This document shows positions 37,516 through 49,900 of a stretch of 64,000 nucleotides of DNA, one piece after another. The stretch is taken from positions 31,303 through 95,302 of IMG/VR virus record IMGVR_UViG_3300042879_003514; one strand, given 5' to 3'. A program made the position numbers and the translations under genes. The stretch comes from a virus. The notes below the pieces were generated by a model. It had not been told where the DNA came from and did not search any database. It worked only from the letters and a program-made list of their open reading frames with translations. Each line of letters starts with the position of its first letter. Position 1 is the stretch's first letter.

Positions 37516-39033
37516 TTATTTATATATTGGTTTAGTATTAGTTGTGCAAGTAAGGTTGTTTAGGGCTCCTTGTTCACATAACACATATTCTTTTGTTATA
37601 GTATATGAGGTTGACATAATATTTTTTTTCTCATTTAATAATATGAGAGAATAAGCATTAGGTAATGCCGAGAACGTACTATTTACCTCAGTATCCACAC
37701 AATTAGCTAATGTTGACATTTTTTTCTTATCACAACCATTTAATGTTCCCTTGCCTGTAATAATGAGCCTTTGGGGTGTAGACGGAGCTATTTGTTGAAC
37801 AATAGCTTTCGCAGAATTAGGGATTATAAATTCTTTGTATCTAATAGCTGAAAATGTTTCTTCTATTGTAACATCTATATTTCCAACGCCTGTTGTGGTA
37901 CATGAATTGATATCTCCAAACTCTGATTTAAATGATATTTCGCCAGCCACCACAGATCGTTTTACATTACTAGATAATCTTTGATAACAAAATGGCTTTG
38001 GTGTTGCTGGTGGTTCGATGCTACCTCCGTATAAAACTATACTATGATGATGCCAATCTCCATTTAATATTATATTAAGCGATGCATTATAAGCCCTATC
38101 TGCATTAGCTATTCTTTCGTTAGCAGTTGCTTTGTTTTCTAGATAATCACTAATAGATGCTTTAGATAATCCTTTGATTACACCACTTAATACTTTATTT
38201 TTCATGGTAGTTCTTTGATCAATTTTTTCTTCAGTATTGAAATCTATCCATGCGTAAGGCTTTCCTCCACCCTGACTAAGATACATGTCAAAAGACCATG
38301 TTAAGCTACCATCAATATTAATAGTAAGTTTTTTAGTATCTAACCATTTATTCCAGCCTTTATATTTATCTAAAATTTTAGTATTACAACCATTTAAAGA
38401 TAATAAACTATTAGCTCTTCTTTTGAGTATATCTTCAGAGTTTTTTGTTGGATTATATGATGGTTTACCACATATAGTTCTACCATATGATGAGACATTA
38501 ATTTCACCAGATATTTTAATATATGATTTTGTTGCGTCTAATACATTGTCCACACTTGATATGGCAGAAGCCTCCCCTATAAGACTTAGTTTTTCGCTAT
38601 AGTTTTGTAAAAATTCTATTTTTTGACCACCCTCAGACAAACAATTATCTTGTAAAAATGATTGGTCTGGATTTACAGCAGCGGCGCCATTGATAGTTTC
38701 TATGGCTATAACCATAGAATAATTTACAGAATAAGGCCCATTTCCTTGTGAAAAAGTTACTGTTCTAATTCTGCCAGTACCATCTAAAAAATCTGATCCA
38801 CCAGAACATCCTATTTTTAGCGTTACACAATCAGCATCTGCTTGTAATTGATTTATTTTTGCAACTTCATCATCTATTGTTTCACTAACTAGATTACCAG
38901 ATAATGTAACTATTAAAAGACCACCAATGACATACTCTCCAGATTTATTATACTCATAAGAGGTACTAACAAATGGTGCTGGCCTAAGCGACATACCAGC
39001 AACAAAAATAGAATCAAAATTTGATGCAGCCAT
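37516..39033 (-). CDS. tail protein, paralog of 39035..40534
   Basis: PAPFVSTSYEY...IGG...SG; EFIIP...IVQQI. Confidence 0.6.
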   Translation of the reverse strand: MAASNFDSIFVAGMSLRPAPFVSTSYEYNKSGEYVIGGLLIVTLSGNLVSETIDDEVAKINQLQADADCVTLKIGCSGGSDFLDGTGRIRTVTFSQGNGPYSVNYSMVIAIETINGAAAVNPDQSFLQDNCLSEGGQKIEFLQNYSEKLSLIGEASAISSVDNVLDATKSYIKISGEINVSSYGRTICGKPSYNPTKNSEDILKRRANSLLSLNGCNTKILDKYKGWNKWLDTKKLTINIDGSLTWSFDMYLSQGGGKPYAWIDFNTEEKIDQRTTMKNKVLSGVIKGLSKASISDYLENKATANERIANADRAYNASLNIILNGDWHHHSIVLYGGSIEPPATPKPFCYQRLSSNVKRSVVAGEISFKSEFGDINSCTTTGVGNIDVTIEETFSAIRYKEFIIPNSAKAIVQQIAPSTPQRLIITGKGTLNGCDKKKMSTLANCVDTEVNSTFSALPNAYSLILLNEKKNIMSTSYTITKEYVLCEQGALNNLTCTTNTKPIYK

Positions 39034-39034
39034 T

Positions 39035-40534
39035 TTAACACTTCTTTATAAATTCTTTAGTAACTGTATAATTTTTATTAGATACTAAACTAGTATGAGA
39101 AATTAATAACCAATCCTTTGGAGTTGCAGAACCTAAATAGTCTTTAACCGCTTGGTCTAAAGGTTCGAGTACACCAGTTGGTCTAGCACTTGTTGCAACA
39201 CATACATCTGAGCTACTAGCGCTACTAGTAAAAGAAATGCGTTTAGCACTACATGCATTTATATCTTGAATTAGTGTTCCGTATGAAGGAATTATATGCT
39301 CAACAATTTGGCGCTGTGGTTCTGTTATATCTACCACAAGTTCTCTTTTATATCCATCACCATCAACACAGTCATTATTATTTGACGATGAAGACCATTC
39401 AAAAACAAAATTTATAGTGCCTTCTGAACGAGATTTCGATACAGACGATGTTGATGGTTTTATTACTAATTGTTGTTGAGGGTCTTGTTTAGGATCATCG
39501 TCTAAACCTTTGCAATTTCCAACAGAAGATCCGCCAACCCCACCGCCCACAGGAGGACAATTTGGTTTTTCATTTAAAATTAAGGTTTTTCCATTGCTAT
39601 CAAACTCTTTTAAGTAATTATACTTATTTATAATTTTATCAAATGCTTCTTCTGCTGAAGCTAATTTTGAGCTTGATGCTGTATCTGGTAAATCAATAAG
39701 ATCTGTCCAAGAAATTGATGCTAATCCTATAATTGATCCAGTAATTCTTTTTGATTCTTCTTTTTCTTGGTATGTTTTATTATGTTCAAATTCTAAATCT
39801 ATAAATGCCCCTGTTGAAACAGAAGGTGGTAGCAATATTATATCAATAGAGAACGATGTTTCTGTTGAAGTAACCTCTAAAGATCTAGACTGAGCAAAAG
39901 GTTTCCAGTTTTTATATGCGCTTATAAGAGGGTGGTTAGGTATATATGCGACAAATTTTTTAATTAGTCGTAATGCAATTTCTTGAGGATTTGACGAATC
40001 ACATAATGGCCTACACGATGCGGATGCTTTACAACTGAATTTTACATAAGATTTCGATATATTGTTTTGATCATTTAGAAATACAAAACCGTGAGATTCT
40101 TCCCCAATTTCTATTGTTTCCGACTTGGATATGGAGACAACATGATCATCAACAGTTATTCCCATAGAATTTGGTGGAATAGATTTTAATTTAGTTTTAA
40201 TTTCTATTGTAAAAGACCCTTGGTTGACCCACGATGGGTCTGGTCCTTGGTCTATGCTAACATTAGTAATTTTACCCATACCGCTATATAAATTTGGAAT
40301 ACTAACACTAACACAACCACTATCTTGACCTAAATTTCTTATTTGAGCTAGTTTAGACATTACCGTTGCGCCAGATTTAGCCGCTTGAGAAACAGAAACC
40401 GTGCCTGTGACAGTAAATATTGTTGAGCCGCCTATTATTTCACCATTTGGACTGGTAAAATACTCATACGACATATTAGCAAATGGCGCGTATGTTTCAT
40501 CTAGGGTTACAGAACCTATAATAATAGTAGGCAT
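39035..40534 (-). CDS. tail protein, paralog of 37516..39033
   Basis: APFANMSYEY...IGG...TG; EHIIP...LIQDI. Confidence 0.6.
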   Translation of the reverse strand: MPTIIIGSVTLDETYAPFANMSYEYFTSPNGEIIGGSTIFTVTGTVSVSQAAKSGATVMSKLAQIRNLGQDSGCVSVSIPNLYSGMGKITNVSIDQGPDPSWVNQGSFTIEIKTKLKSIPPNSMGITVDDHVVSISKSETIEIGEESHGFVFLNDQNNISKSYVKFSCKASASCRPLCDSSNPQEIALRLIKKFVAYIPNHPLISAYKNWKPFAQSRSLEVTSTETSFSIDIILLPPSVSTGAFIDLEFEHNKTYQEKEESKRITGSIIGLASISWTDLIDLPDTASSSKLASAEEAFDKIINKYNYLKEFDSNGKTLILNEKPNCPPVGGGVGGSSVGNCKGLDDDPKQDPQQQLVIKPSTSSVSKSRSEGTINFVFEWSSSSNNNDCVDGDGYKRELVVDITEPQRQIVEHIIPSYGTLIQDINACSAKRISFTSSASSSDVCVATSARPTGVLEPLDQAVKDYLGSATPKDWLLISHTSLVSNKNYTVTKEFIKKC

Positions 40535-40567
40535 AATTATTATATCCTTTAATTTTCCTAATTAAAT

Positions 40568-43500
40568 TTATAGATTAATAATACTATCAGAGAGTTTAAA
40601 CCAATTATTATCCCCACCATGTACTATGGTTATATTATAGCCACCAGGCAATGTATGAAACGCACTTATCAAATCAGAAGATTTGTATATAGATATATTA
40701 TAAAATGATGAATTAATATTAACAATAGTAAATTTTTTACCCATATATAATCCTGTGCCATTTGGTAGATAAAGATTTGTGGCTCCAGAAGGATATAGAA
40801 ATTGATATTCAGCATCATTAGCAGATAAATACTTTGGAGTTACTGGAACACCAGAGGTTGCTAATGTTTCATATCTAAGTTTACTGTTAACATATGGATT
40901 ATTAGAATCATTTTGATAAATTATTTTATGTATTTGATTAACTCCAGTTGGCATAACAGATGGAGTTATATTTAATCCTGTTGGCGTTGTTAGAAAATTA
41001 AAAGTTAATCCACTGTTAGTAATTAGATTACCACTAGAAATTATATTTTGAAAAATTCCAGTTAAACCTAGTACAACATTACCAGAAGCAAAACTAAAGT
41101 TTGCATTACCAGAAGCTGTTAGGTTATTAGTAATTATATTAGAGCTAAAAATACCAGTTCCAGAACATACTAAGTTGGTTCCTATGGTTATACCAGAATT
41201 TGTAATAATATTTCCAGAACTAATTAAATTACCACCAATAGTAACTCCAGAGTTTATAATAGCATTACCAGATACTAGGATATTTCTATTAAATACAAAG
41301 TTTTCAGAACTGCTTTTGATAATCGATCCACTTGGATCTAGTATAATATGATTTTGATTATTAACATATAAACGAATACTGTTGTTACCGCTAAATGAAA
41401 CCGATTCATTATTAGATAATATAATATTGCTATTACCACTAGATGTGATACCAGAACCAACTAAAATATTAGAATTTCCAATAGAATTAGATAAATTAGC
41501 AAGAATGACTGAGTTATTACCAGAAATATCTGATGAAGAACCGAATATGAAATTAGACAATCCACTTGTGGAAGAATTATCCCCAACAAGAATATTATTA
41601 TTTCCAGATGAATATAGTCTTGATCCAACAAGAAATCCTCCATCACCATATAATTCATTATTATAACCAAATAAAATACCAGTATCAGATATTGTTCCAA
41701 GATTACCAACCCCAAGAGCAAACAATGTTGCAGATATATCTGTGTTTGATACGTTATTGCTACGCCCAAAAGCAACAGAGCCATTGGCTGTAACAGTATT
41801 ACTTTCTCCGATACCAACAGAATAGTCTCCATGAACGCCGTTTAAGTAACCACATGAAACTGAGTATAGTCCGTTATTAGCATTGTCGATACCAATTGAG
41901 ATGCCATAGTCTTCATCAATAGTGTTGCTATTACCAACAATAACAATTCCCATATTGCCACTAGTTAAACAACTATTATCACGACCAATTATTGTGTTAT
42001 CAATGCCAGAACATGTGATATTTTTGCCGAATAAAATATTATTAGTACCAGTCGCCTGAATATCTCTACCAAATATAAAATTACCACTATTAATTATATT
42101 ATTATTAAATCCATAAATAACATTATTGCCTGAATAATTATTAACTCCTATTGTTAGATTATTATTAGATAAATCAAGTATATTAAGCAAGGATCCTGTT
42201 GAGGCGATTTTGCAAATAAACTTTGAATTTTCATTTCCATTAGTTGTGTTATTGATATTAGAAGATAAAACTAAACCGGTCTTAGATACGCCACTAGAAT
42301 TTACAAACTTAAAAACAATATTTTCATTAATACCAGAAGATAAAATAGAGGTATTATCAATAATAAAATTAATATCATTATTAGATAGTGTTGAATATAC
42401 TAAAGATCCCGAGCCACCTAAACTTAAATTAGTATTATCATTTAATGCTAAGTAAACACTATTGCTGCCAGTAACACTAACTCCAGAACCTCCAAATACC
42501 CAGATATTATTTCCAGAGGCGGTGTGGTTAAGACCAAATAATCCGCCGTATGTTCCAGATGATAGGATTAAAGAATCTCCAATAGCTATACTATTTTCTG
42601 CACAAATATTATGGAATGATCCTATAACAATATTATTTCCTTCATTAGATGAGGCGCTTCCTATTACAACACCATTAGTATTTTGGTTATTAAATCCAAG
42701 AACTACTCCGTCAGAACTAAAAACTGCAACATCTTCGTTAGATCCATTATTAAGAGCCTCTATATGAATAGAAGAATTTTCACTAGAATTTAGGGCCGAG
42801 TCAATAATAGAATAAATTCTATTATAGCTAACACTACTATTACTACTATTTAATCCAGAGAATACTATAGAGCCAACTATATTATTTGTTGTTATTCCGC
42901 TTTGAGAATTATTAGAAAAAACTATTTTTGGACCAGAACCGCTGTTGTATATAGTGAGTCCATTTCCACCACTAGCATTGATAGTTAAAATATCATTTGG
43001 ACTAGATGAGTTAATGCCAATTTTATTAGTACTACCATCAATAAAAAACATGTGGGTTCTACCAGTACCCTCAACTCTAAAACTATTAGCATGAGACTGT
43101 TCGTTAAATACTGTGGTGGAGCCAATATATCCTGGTAGAATATTATGAGCGGTAGAAATATTTCCAGTACCACCAATTAATATGGCTTCATTAACACGAT
43201 CCCAACTCAACGCATTTGTGCCACTAAATGCACTATCATATTTAAATTGTATTGCGCCATTATTGCCATATGGATAAGAAGATTCTAAGATAGGATCAAG
43301 AGTTACCCATCCGCTCTGAGATGGAACAGAAACTATTTGTAGATAATCTTTTATAATAGAAATATCATAGGTTCCCGTACCATTAATAGTTTGAGATGAG
43401 TCTGGAGTTAATAGAATAGCATTTGCTTGTTCGTATTGATTGCCTATTGTTTTATCAAGCACAAAGCCTAATACAATTGGATCAGATCCTGATGTTACAG

Positions 43501-43933
43501 GTGGTAAAGAAACAGTTACACCCGAAACAGATGAGTCTACTATATATGTTGCGGATACGTTGGGTGCTGTGAAACTTGCGTTTTTTTCTTCTAAATTAAT
43601 ATTATTTAATGAATTTGAACTATCGCTACTAATAATACTTTCTATATATTTAGTACCAGAAGTAAAGCTTACTAAACTATTACTACTGCTTGAAGATATA
43701 ACTTTCTCTCTGACCAAAATATTTAAGCCACCACTAACCTGAATGTACCCAACACCAATTTCCCACTCAAAATTAGTATCTAGTCTATAAATATAGTAAT
43801 TAAATTTATTAGATGATCCTAATGCTGATACAAATGTGCGAAATCCTAGTGGTGCGCCATTAAGCACAAAATTTCCAGTGCCAGTTGATACAGAAGTTTC
43901 TTGAACTTTATTCGCATAGTATTTAATTGACAT
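40568..43933 (-). CDS. tail fibre/adhesin with YadA-head-like beta-roll repeats
   Basis: N-terminal VQETSVSTGTG module; about 14-residue NSIAIG/NNILFG repeats; Ser/Asn/Gly-rich. Confidence 0.7.
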   Translation of the reverse strand: MSIKYYANKVQETSVSTGTGNFVLNGAPLGFRTFVSALGSSNKFNYYIYRLDTNFEWEIGVGYIQVSGGLNILVREKVISSSSSNSLVSFTSGTKYIESIISSDSSNSLNNINLEEKNASFTAPNVSATYIVDSSVSGVTVSLPPVTSGSDPIVLGFVLDKTIGNQYEQANAILLTPDSSQTINGTGTYDISIIKDYLQIVSVPSQSGWVTLDPILESSYPYGNNGAIQFKYDSAFSGTNALSWDRVNEAILIGGTGNISTAHNILPGYIGSTTVFNEQSHANSFRVEGTGRTHMFFIDGSTNKIGINSSSPNDILTINASGGNGLTIYNSGSGPKIVFSNNSQSGITTNNIVGSIVFSGLNSSNSSVSYNRIYSIIDSALNSSENSSIHIEALNNGSNEDVAVFSSDGVVLGFNNQNTNGVVIGSASSNEGNNIVIGSFHNICAENSIAIGDSLILSSGTYGGLFGLNHTASGNNIWVFGGSGVSVTGSNSVYLALNDNTNLSLGGSGSLVYSTLSNNDINFIIDNTSILSSGINENIVFKFVNSSGVSKTGLVLSSNINNTTNGNENSKFICKIASTGSLLNILDLSNNNLTIGVNNYSGNNVIYGFNNNIINSGNFIFGRDIQATGTNNILFGKNITCSGIDNTIIGRDNSCLTSGNMGIVIVGNSNTIDEDYGISIGIDNANNGLYSVSCGYLNGVHGDYSVGIGESNTVTANGSVAFGRSNNVSNTDISATLFALGVGNLGTISDTGILFGYNNELYGDGGFLVGSRLYSSGNNNILVGDNSSTSGLSNFIFGSSSDISGNNSVILANLSNSIGNSNILVGSGITSSGNSNIILSNNESVSFSGNNSIRLYVNNQNHIILDPSGSIIKSSSENFVFNRNILVSGNAIINSGVTIGGNLISSGNIITNSGITIGTNLVCSGTGIFSSNIITNNLTASGNANFSFASGNVVLGLTGIFQNIISSGNLITNSGLTFNFLTTPTGLNITPSVMPTGVNQIHKIIYQNDSNNPYVNSKLRYETLATSGVPVTPKYLSANDAEYQFLYPSGATNLYLPNGTGLYMGKKFTIVNINSSFYNISIYKSSDLISAFHTLPGGYNITIVHGGDNNWFKLSDSIINL

Positions 43934-43950
43934 AGTAAATTAATCCCCTT

Positions 43951-46900
43951 TTAAGTTTGAACAATATTTAATGATCCAGCAGTTGCTTGGTTGATCGCAA
44001 GAGCTATCTTATCAAATACAGATTTTTGTATATTTTCTGCGTTAGTTTCATCAAGATTTCCTGCTCCTGGACCTTCTAATGTTACTGTTATTGTTCCATT
44101 TACTGGTATGGATCCTTGTGCTGTTAGTGTTATTGTGGATGGTATACGAGAGATTACACCGGCTAATTCTGTTACTGATGAACTAAATGGACCAATTTGA
44201 CCTTGTAGTATTGATGACGCATCTTTTATTGACACTGCTGCTAAGTTTAATGATCCTGCTGATGTTGTTAGATCAATTTGTGATAAAGATGATGCAACAT
44301 CAGATAGACCACCAAGTTTAGATGCTGCTTCATTAAATGCTCCAACAAATCCTCCAAAAGAACCAACATATGTTTGAAAATTACTAAATGCGGTATCCAA
44401 AGATGATGAGTCAACACTAATACTAGATACACCACCAGAAGTTGTGGGACTGGCTACTGGTCCAGCAGTTTCGTAGTATTGTGTATCTACAATACCCCCT
44501 TTATTAAATCGTTTTGGACTTATTGTTTGACCATTATTAATAGCTTTGAGAAGACCCATATTTTGTTTGGCCGCTTTTCTATTAATTACAAATTCGCCAG
44601 GAGTTAACATGGCCGGAACAGTATCTGTGCCTCGTGGTTGATATGGTACTAGCTTTCCTTGTGAAGCATATATTAATCCACCATTTGCTCTGGTTGTAGC
44701 ATTTAGAGCCCCTTTTCTTTTTCTATATTCTTCTGGTGCTCCTGGTAATACTTTTCCACTAAAAGGATCGACATTGCTTGATTGTGGTGATACAAATTGT
44801 CCTGTTACTGGGTCTCTTGGACTAGTTGTACGAGAGGGGGGTCGGGATAGAACATATCTTCCTCCTACTCTTCTTTGAGAAGCTGGATTCCTTAAATAAC
44901 TCGATATTTGTTGTTCTGTTGGCGTTCCTGTTCTAAATGGATCATTGGGATTATTAGGATATAATTCATCAAACCTGCTAAATATGTCATCATCAGGTTC
45001 TGGTCCTAAATTAGGTATATCTAAATCATCACCAACAGTTGGTATTCTGTCCATCTGTTGCATTAGAGCATCATTAACTGCATTTGTTCTTACTTGTTCT
45101 GCAAGATTAGGGAGCGGTGTTTGTTGTAATGCGCCTCTCACCTTATCTGCTGATTTTTCAGCCATATTATTCAATGGGTTTCTAATAAATGGTGGTCTAA
45201 CCTTTGGTGGTGGTTGGAAAACCATGCTGGGGAACTTTGGTCCAGTGGGGCTAGGAGTTAATGCTCCTACTGCTTTTGGTAATCCTCTGGCGCTTAACCT
45301 AGCAGCATCATCAATAAAACCAGCTCCAGGAATAACAGCGCTAACATCTGTGGCGGCCCCTACTACCGTCTCTCCTGCTGTTTGTCCAATAGAATCATAG
45401 AATTGAGCACTTTTTTGTTCTGGACTAGCATTTGGGTCTAATGGTTTTTGACTTAATCCACCACCATAAGCATTAACATTATATGTAGAATTAGCGCCTG
45501 TTAATATCCTTTGTAAAAAATCTTTGGGTTTTCTATGAGGAACTTTTCTTTCTAAGATACTATCTTTATTTCTTGGATGAGCTATTTGATAACCTAAATT
45601 ATAAACGGCTGTTCCAAAGTTTCTCGAACCAGCACCAATTAAACCAGCAACTTCAGAAACAAACGAGTCAGAGGCGTTTCGTCTTTTACTATTTCTACTA
45701 CCTTGGATTACATCTCTTACTATTGGTAATTTTGATAAAGTATCAAACATTTGCTTATTTGCCACATCAGTATCAAAATATGGATTAAATTGTCCATTAA
45801 ATGTTTCTATTTCTCTATCAAATCCAGCTTCTTTAATTCTTCTTTTTCGTTCTTCATTTGATGCGGCTATTCTATTTGTTGTCGTAGCGCCTCTTTGAGC
45901 AGCGTTCTGTCTAGCTCTAGCTATAATATCAGCAACAGAAGCATCTAGACTAGCTTGGTCTTCAAAACTTGGGGTCATGAAGAAACTATCCATCTCTGCT
46001 TGTGCAAGTTCTAATAGATTTTCTGATCCACTAGGGTCTAGCTCTGTAACTTTTCGTTGTAGAGCGCGTGTTACTGCTCTTTCTGGAGAAAATGCGTCCT
46101 CTCTTATCTTTCTATTGTATTCTATTTGTTCAATCGGAGATAAAAGATTAAATTCTTCTTTTCTTTTTTGTTCTTCGGTTATTGGTGCAGCATTTTGAGC
46201 TGCTTTTTCTCTAGCAGCTTGATCTGTTTTGCCTCTTTCAACTAAAAACTCGTTAAAACGAACAAAAGGAAATGGTGTTCCTGGGCCGCGACCAGCCCTT
46301 TTTTGTTCTTCCATCTGAGATTCTGTTAAGAATTGATAATCTATTGATCTTAAACCATACTTCTGCTCTCTTTCAAGTCGTGCTGCTTCAGCATCAGCAA
46401 TTTGTTTATTTCTAGCAGCTTGCTCTTCTGGTGTTCCTCGTGTTCTGAGAGTTATTTCAGCCTTTTCAGCTTCTAGTTTTGTCGCTCTCTTTTGTTCAAG
46501 AGCTTGTGCTTCCGCAGCATTTTTTGCTGATCTTTGTCTGAATTGATAGTCACCAATATAAGCATCAAGGTATGCTTGTTGTTCTGGTTTTAAATTATAG
46601 TATCCTTGGGGTCTTCCTCGATTAGCCTCTAGGTCTGTAAGAATATCGTCTGTGCTAGCATTAGAATATCTAGTTCCAGAACTAGTATACATTTGATTAA
46701 AATATACTCTTCCAGAATCCAATTGTGATTTTTCAGCTGCTGTTTTTTGATTTTTTTGAGTTCGTTCTCTGTCTTGAGCTTCTTTTTGACTTGAAGCTTC
46801 TCGTCTTTCTTCTAGTTTTGCCTTATAGTCAGCAGATGGTTCGCTTGCTCTTTGAAAATCTCTTAGTCCTTCTTGTTTTGATTCTATAGAAACGGCCTTG

Positions 46901-49900
46901 TCTTTTTGATATTGTTCAGATGCTTTGTATCTCTCAATAATTGTTTTAAGATCAGCTGTGAAACCAACACCTGGATTATCCATAAATCCGCCTCTGACCC
47001 ACCAATTTTGAGCAGATTCAATGGTCTGAGCGCTATCCTCAGATCCGCTCAAGCCCATAGCTTTGTTTGCTAAAGCTCTTTGCTCTTCTGCTCTTTTCCT
47101 TTCAGCATCTCTTCTGGCGGCTTCTGGAAGTCTTGAGATATTTGTCGCTACTCTGGCTGCTCTTTCCTGTTCTGCTGCTTCTTTTCTTGCTCTTCTCTCA
47201 TCTTCTAATCTTTCTTTAGGAGTTCTATTATTTAATCTTACTTGTTCTGCGGCTACAGCATCTGCTCTTCTTTGTTGTTCTTGTAATCTAGCATTCTTCT
47301 GTCTTTCTTCATAGGCTTCTATTCTTTTTTGATCCCTATCATCGTCTTCTTTTAGTTGTTTTGTGGCTCTTGCTTTATAGTCAGCATCGCTTTCTCCTTC
47401 ATTTCTTGGTATATTCTTTATTCTTTCATTAGTATCTGTCTCCATGCGTGTTTTAAGATCAACCTTCTTTTGTTCATAATTCAATGCTTCTTGTGCTTCT
47501 GTCTTTCTACGGAGAAGTTCCGTATATTCATTAGTTAGGCTTCTATCTTTATTAATTTTTTCTATTCCTACTTTTTGTCTATCCAAAGCTGCTTGATCTT
47601 TTGGATCTTCTATTACAGAATCTGTCCATTCTTGAATATATAGCCTTGTTTGGTTAACATACTCTGCAATTTGAGCATTTATTTCATCAAGTCTAGCCTT
47701 AGCTGCTTCTACTAATCCACCACCTTGTAAATAAACCATTCCACCCATACTATATCCTGCGGCCTTACCATTACTATTTATAGCTTTTAATAAAGAGAGA
47801 TTTTTCTTAGTAGCTTTAGCGTTAACAACAAACTCACCAGGAGTTAACATCGCAGGAACAGTATCAGTGCCCTTTGGCTGAAAATTAACATACTTACCAC
47901 GAGCAGCATATATTAAACCACCATTAGCTTTGGTCGTAGCAGTTGCAGATCCTGTGGTTGTTGTATTGTCTGCTGCGTTTGTAACTTTATCTGCAAAATA
48001 ATTTGCACTACCTTTTATAGCGGTTTCGAATATTCCGGCTGCCTCTAAACTTCTGCTTGCAAGAGCCTCATTAGCAGCTGCCATTGCTTTTATAGCATCA
48101 TTATATTCCTTAATAAAGTCAGAAACATTATATTCTGGAGCTTCTAATGTTTGCTTCACAGCATTAGCAAGATCAGCAGGAAGCATTTGAAAAATTTGTT
48201 CAAGAAAATCTCCTCTAGTTTTTAAAGCATCATCTGCTGTTTGTCCTCTCATTTTAATTTGTAATGCTTGTATGGCTCCTGGGATATCAAAACTATTCCC
48301 TTGACCAGCCATAATATTAGAAAATTTTTGTTGATTCATTATAAAATCTGTCATATATTCTGGATTATTAACATTAGATAATAAATCCATAAGAACATCA
48401 GTTCTTCCTTGTTTAGCCTTTTGAACCTCTTCTATCTTACTTAGCGCATTTGATGCTCTAGAAGAATCTGTGGCCAATTGCTTTAATGCTTTTTCTAAAT
48501 TAGTTGCTTGAGCATTAACTTGAGCAAATCTTACTTCTTCTTGAGGGGTTCTATTTTTATTTTCGTTTAATCTTTTTTGTTCTTCTTCTGTTTGTCTAAG
48601 TCTTGCTTCAATTGTTGCAACATCTGTTGTGCCACCATACGACTCAAATACTTGGGGACCACCTCTTCTATTATCACCAGCAAAAGTAACTCGCGTAAGA
48701 GATCTAATAGCATTATTAAAAGATTGATTTAACTGGTCTAATGCTACCGGTTCATTAAGAGTTTGAGATAATCTTAAAGAGCCTTCTGTTCTTGCTGACA
48801 CTGCCGCATTACTATATTCTTGAGCTAACACAAGACTTTCTGAGAGTTTAGAACCAAACCTTGTCACTTCTGCTGCTACTTCATTAGCAGCCTCACTCAT
48901 TTTATCAAGTTCACTAGATGATATGCCAACAGTATCAAAAAACTTTTGTAAGCCAGGATTATTTTTTGCTAACTCTGATAGTGTAACATCCGCACCACTT
49001 CCACTAAGATTATTAAATTCTCTTCTTAGGTCTTCTAAGATGGGAGGTAAAGAAGTTTTTGATAGTTTTAGTGGAGCAAGCAATTCTCTGATTGCTTTAT
49101 CAAACTCTCCACTAACATCTCCACCTGTACCTGACTTAACGGATAATGAACCAAATATACCCTGTATACCTTTTTCTAAGTTTTGTTTTACTGAAACCCT
49201 TTCTTTGGTTTGCTGTGTAAATTCAGGACTAAAATTTAATCTACTAGCTAAATTATCAATAGCTGATGATACTTCAGCCTGTGAATATGCTCTTAGATTT
49301 TTGAATATCTCTGTGTCTATTTTATTAGGTCTAGGCTGGAATTCACCACCGCCCTTAATGCCAACCTCAGCATTTATGTCTTGTACGTATTGACTAAATT
49401 CAGAGGATGCTCTTTGCACAGATGATACTGTATTCTGTAAGCTTTGAGAATACTGATTTGATGACTCAATTAGTTGTTTATTTATAGCTATATTTTGCTG
49501 TTTTGCTGTACTTTCTGCTTTATATGCTTCTACTAATCTACTAGTTGTTAATGCTATAGCTTGTTTAATTTCTGCTTCTTTTTTATTTCTTACAGTTTCT
49601 GGTAAAGTACGATCAGATTGTACAGCAGCTAATTTTGCTTCCAAATCTGTTATTGCTGAACCACCTCTGGCTATGGCAATATCTCTATCAGTTGCTCCAA
49701 CAGCAGTTCGTGCTTGATCAAAAGTTAACCCCCTTTTCAAAGCTTCTGATATTCCTTTTTGAGCAGCTTCGGCGGCTGGTCTGGCTGCTGATTCTAACTC
49801 TTTACTATATGATAATTCTTCTCGTTTGTCCATTTTGCCTATTCCAGTATCAACCAGATTAAGCATTGCAGCTTCAACAACTGTTCCTATAGCAGAGTAA

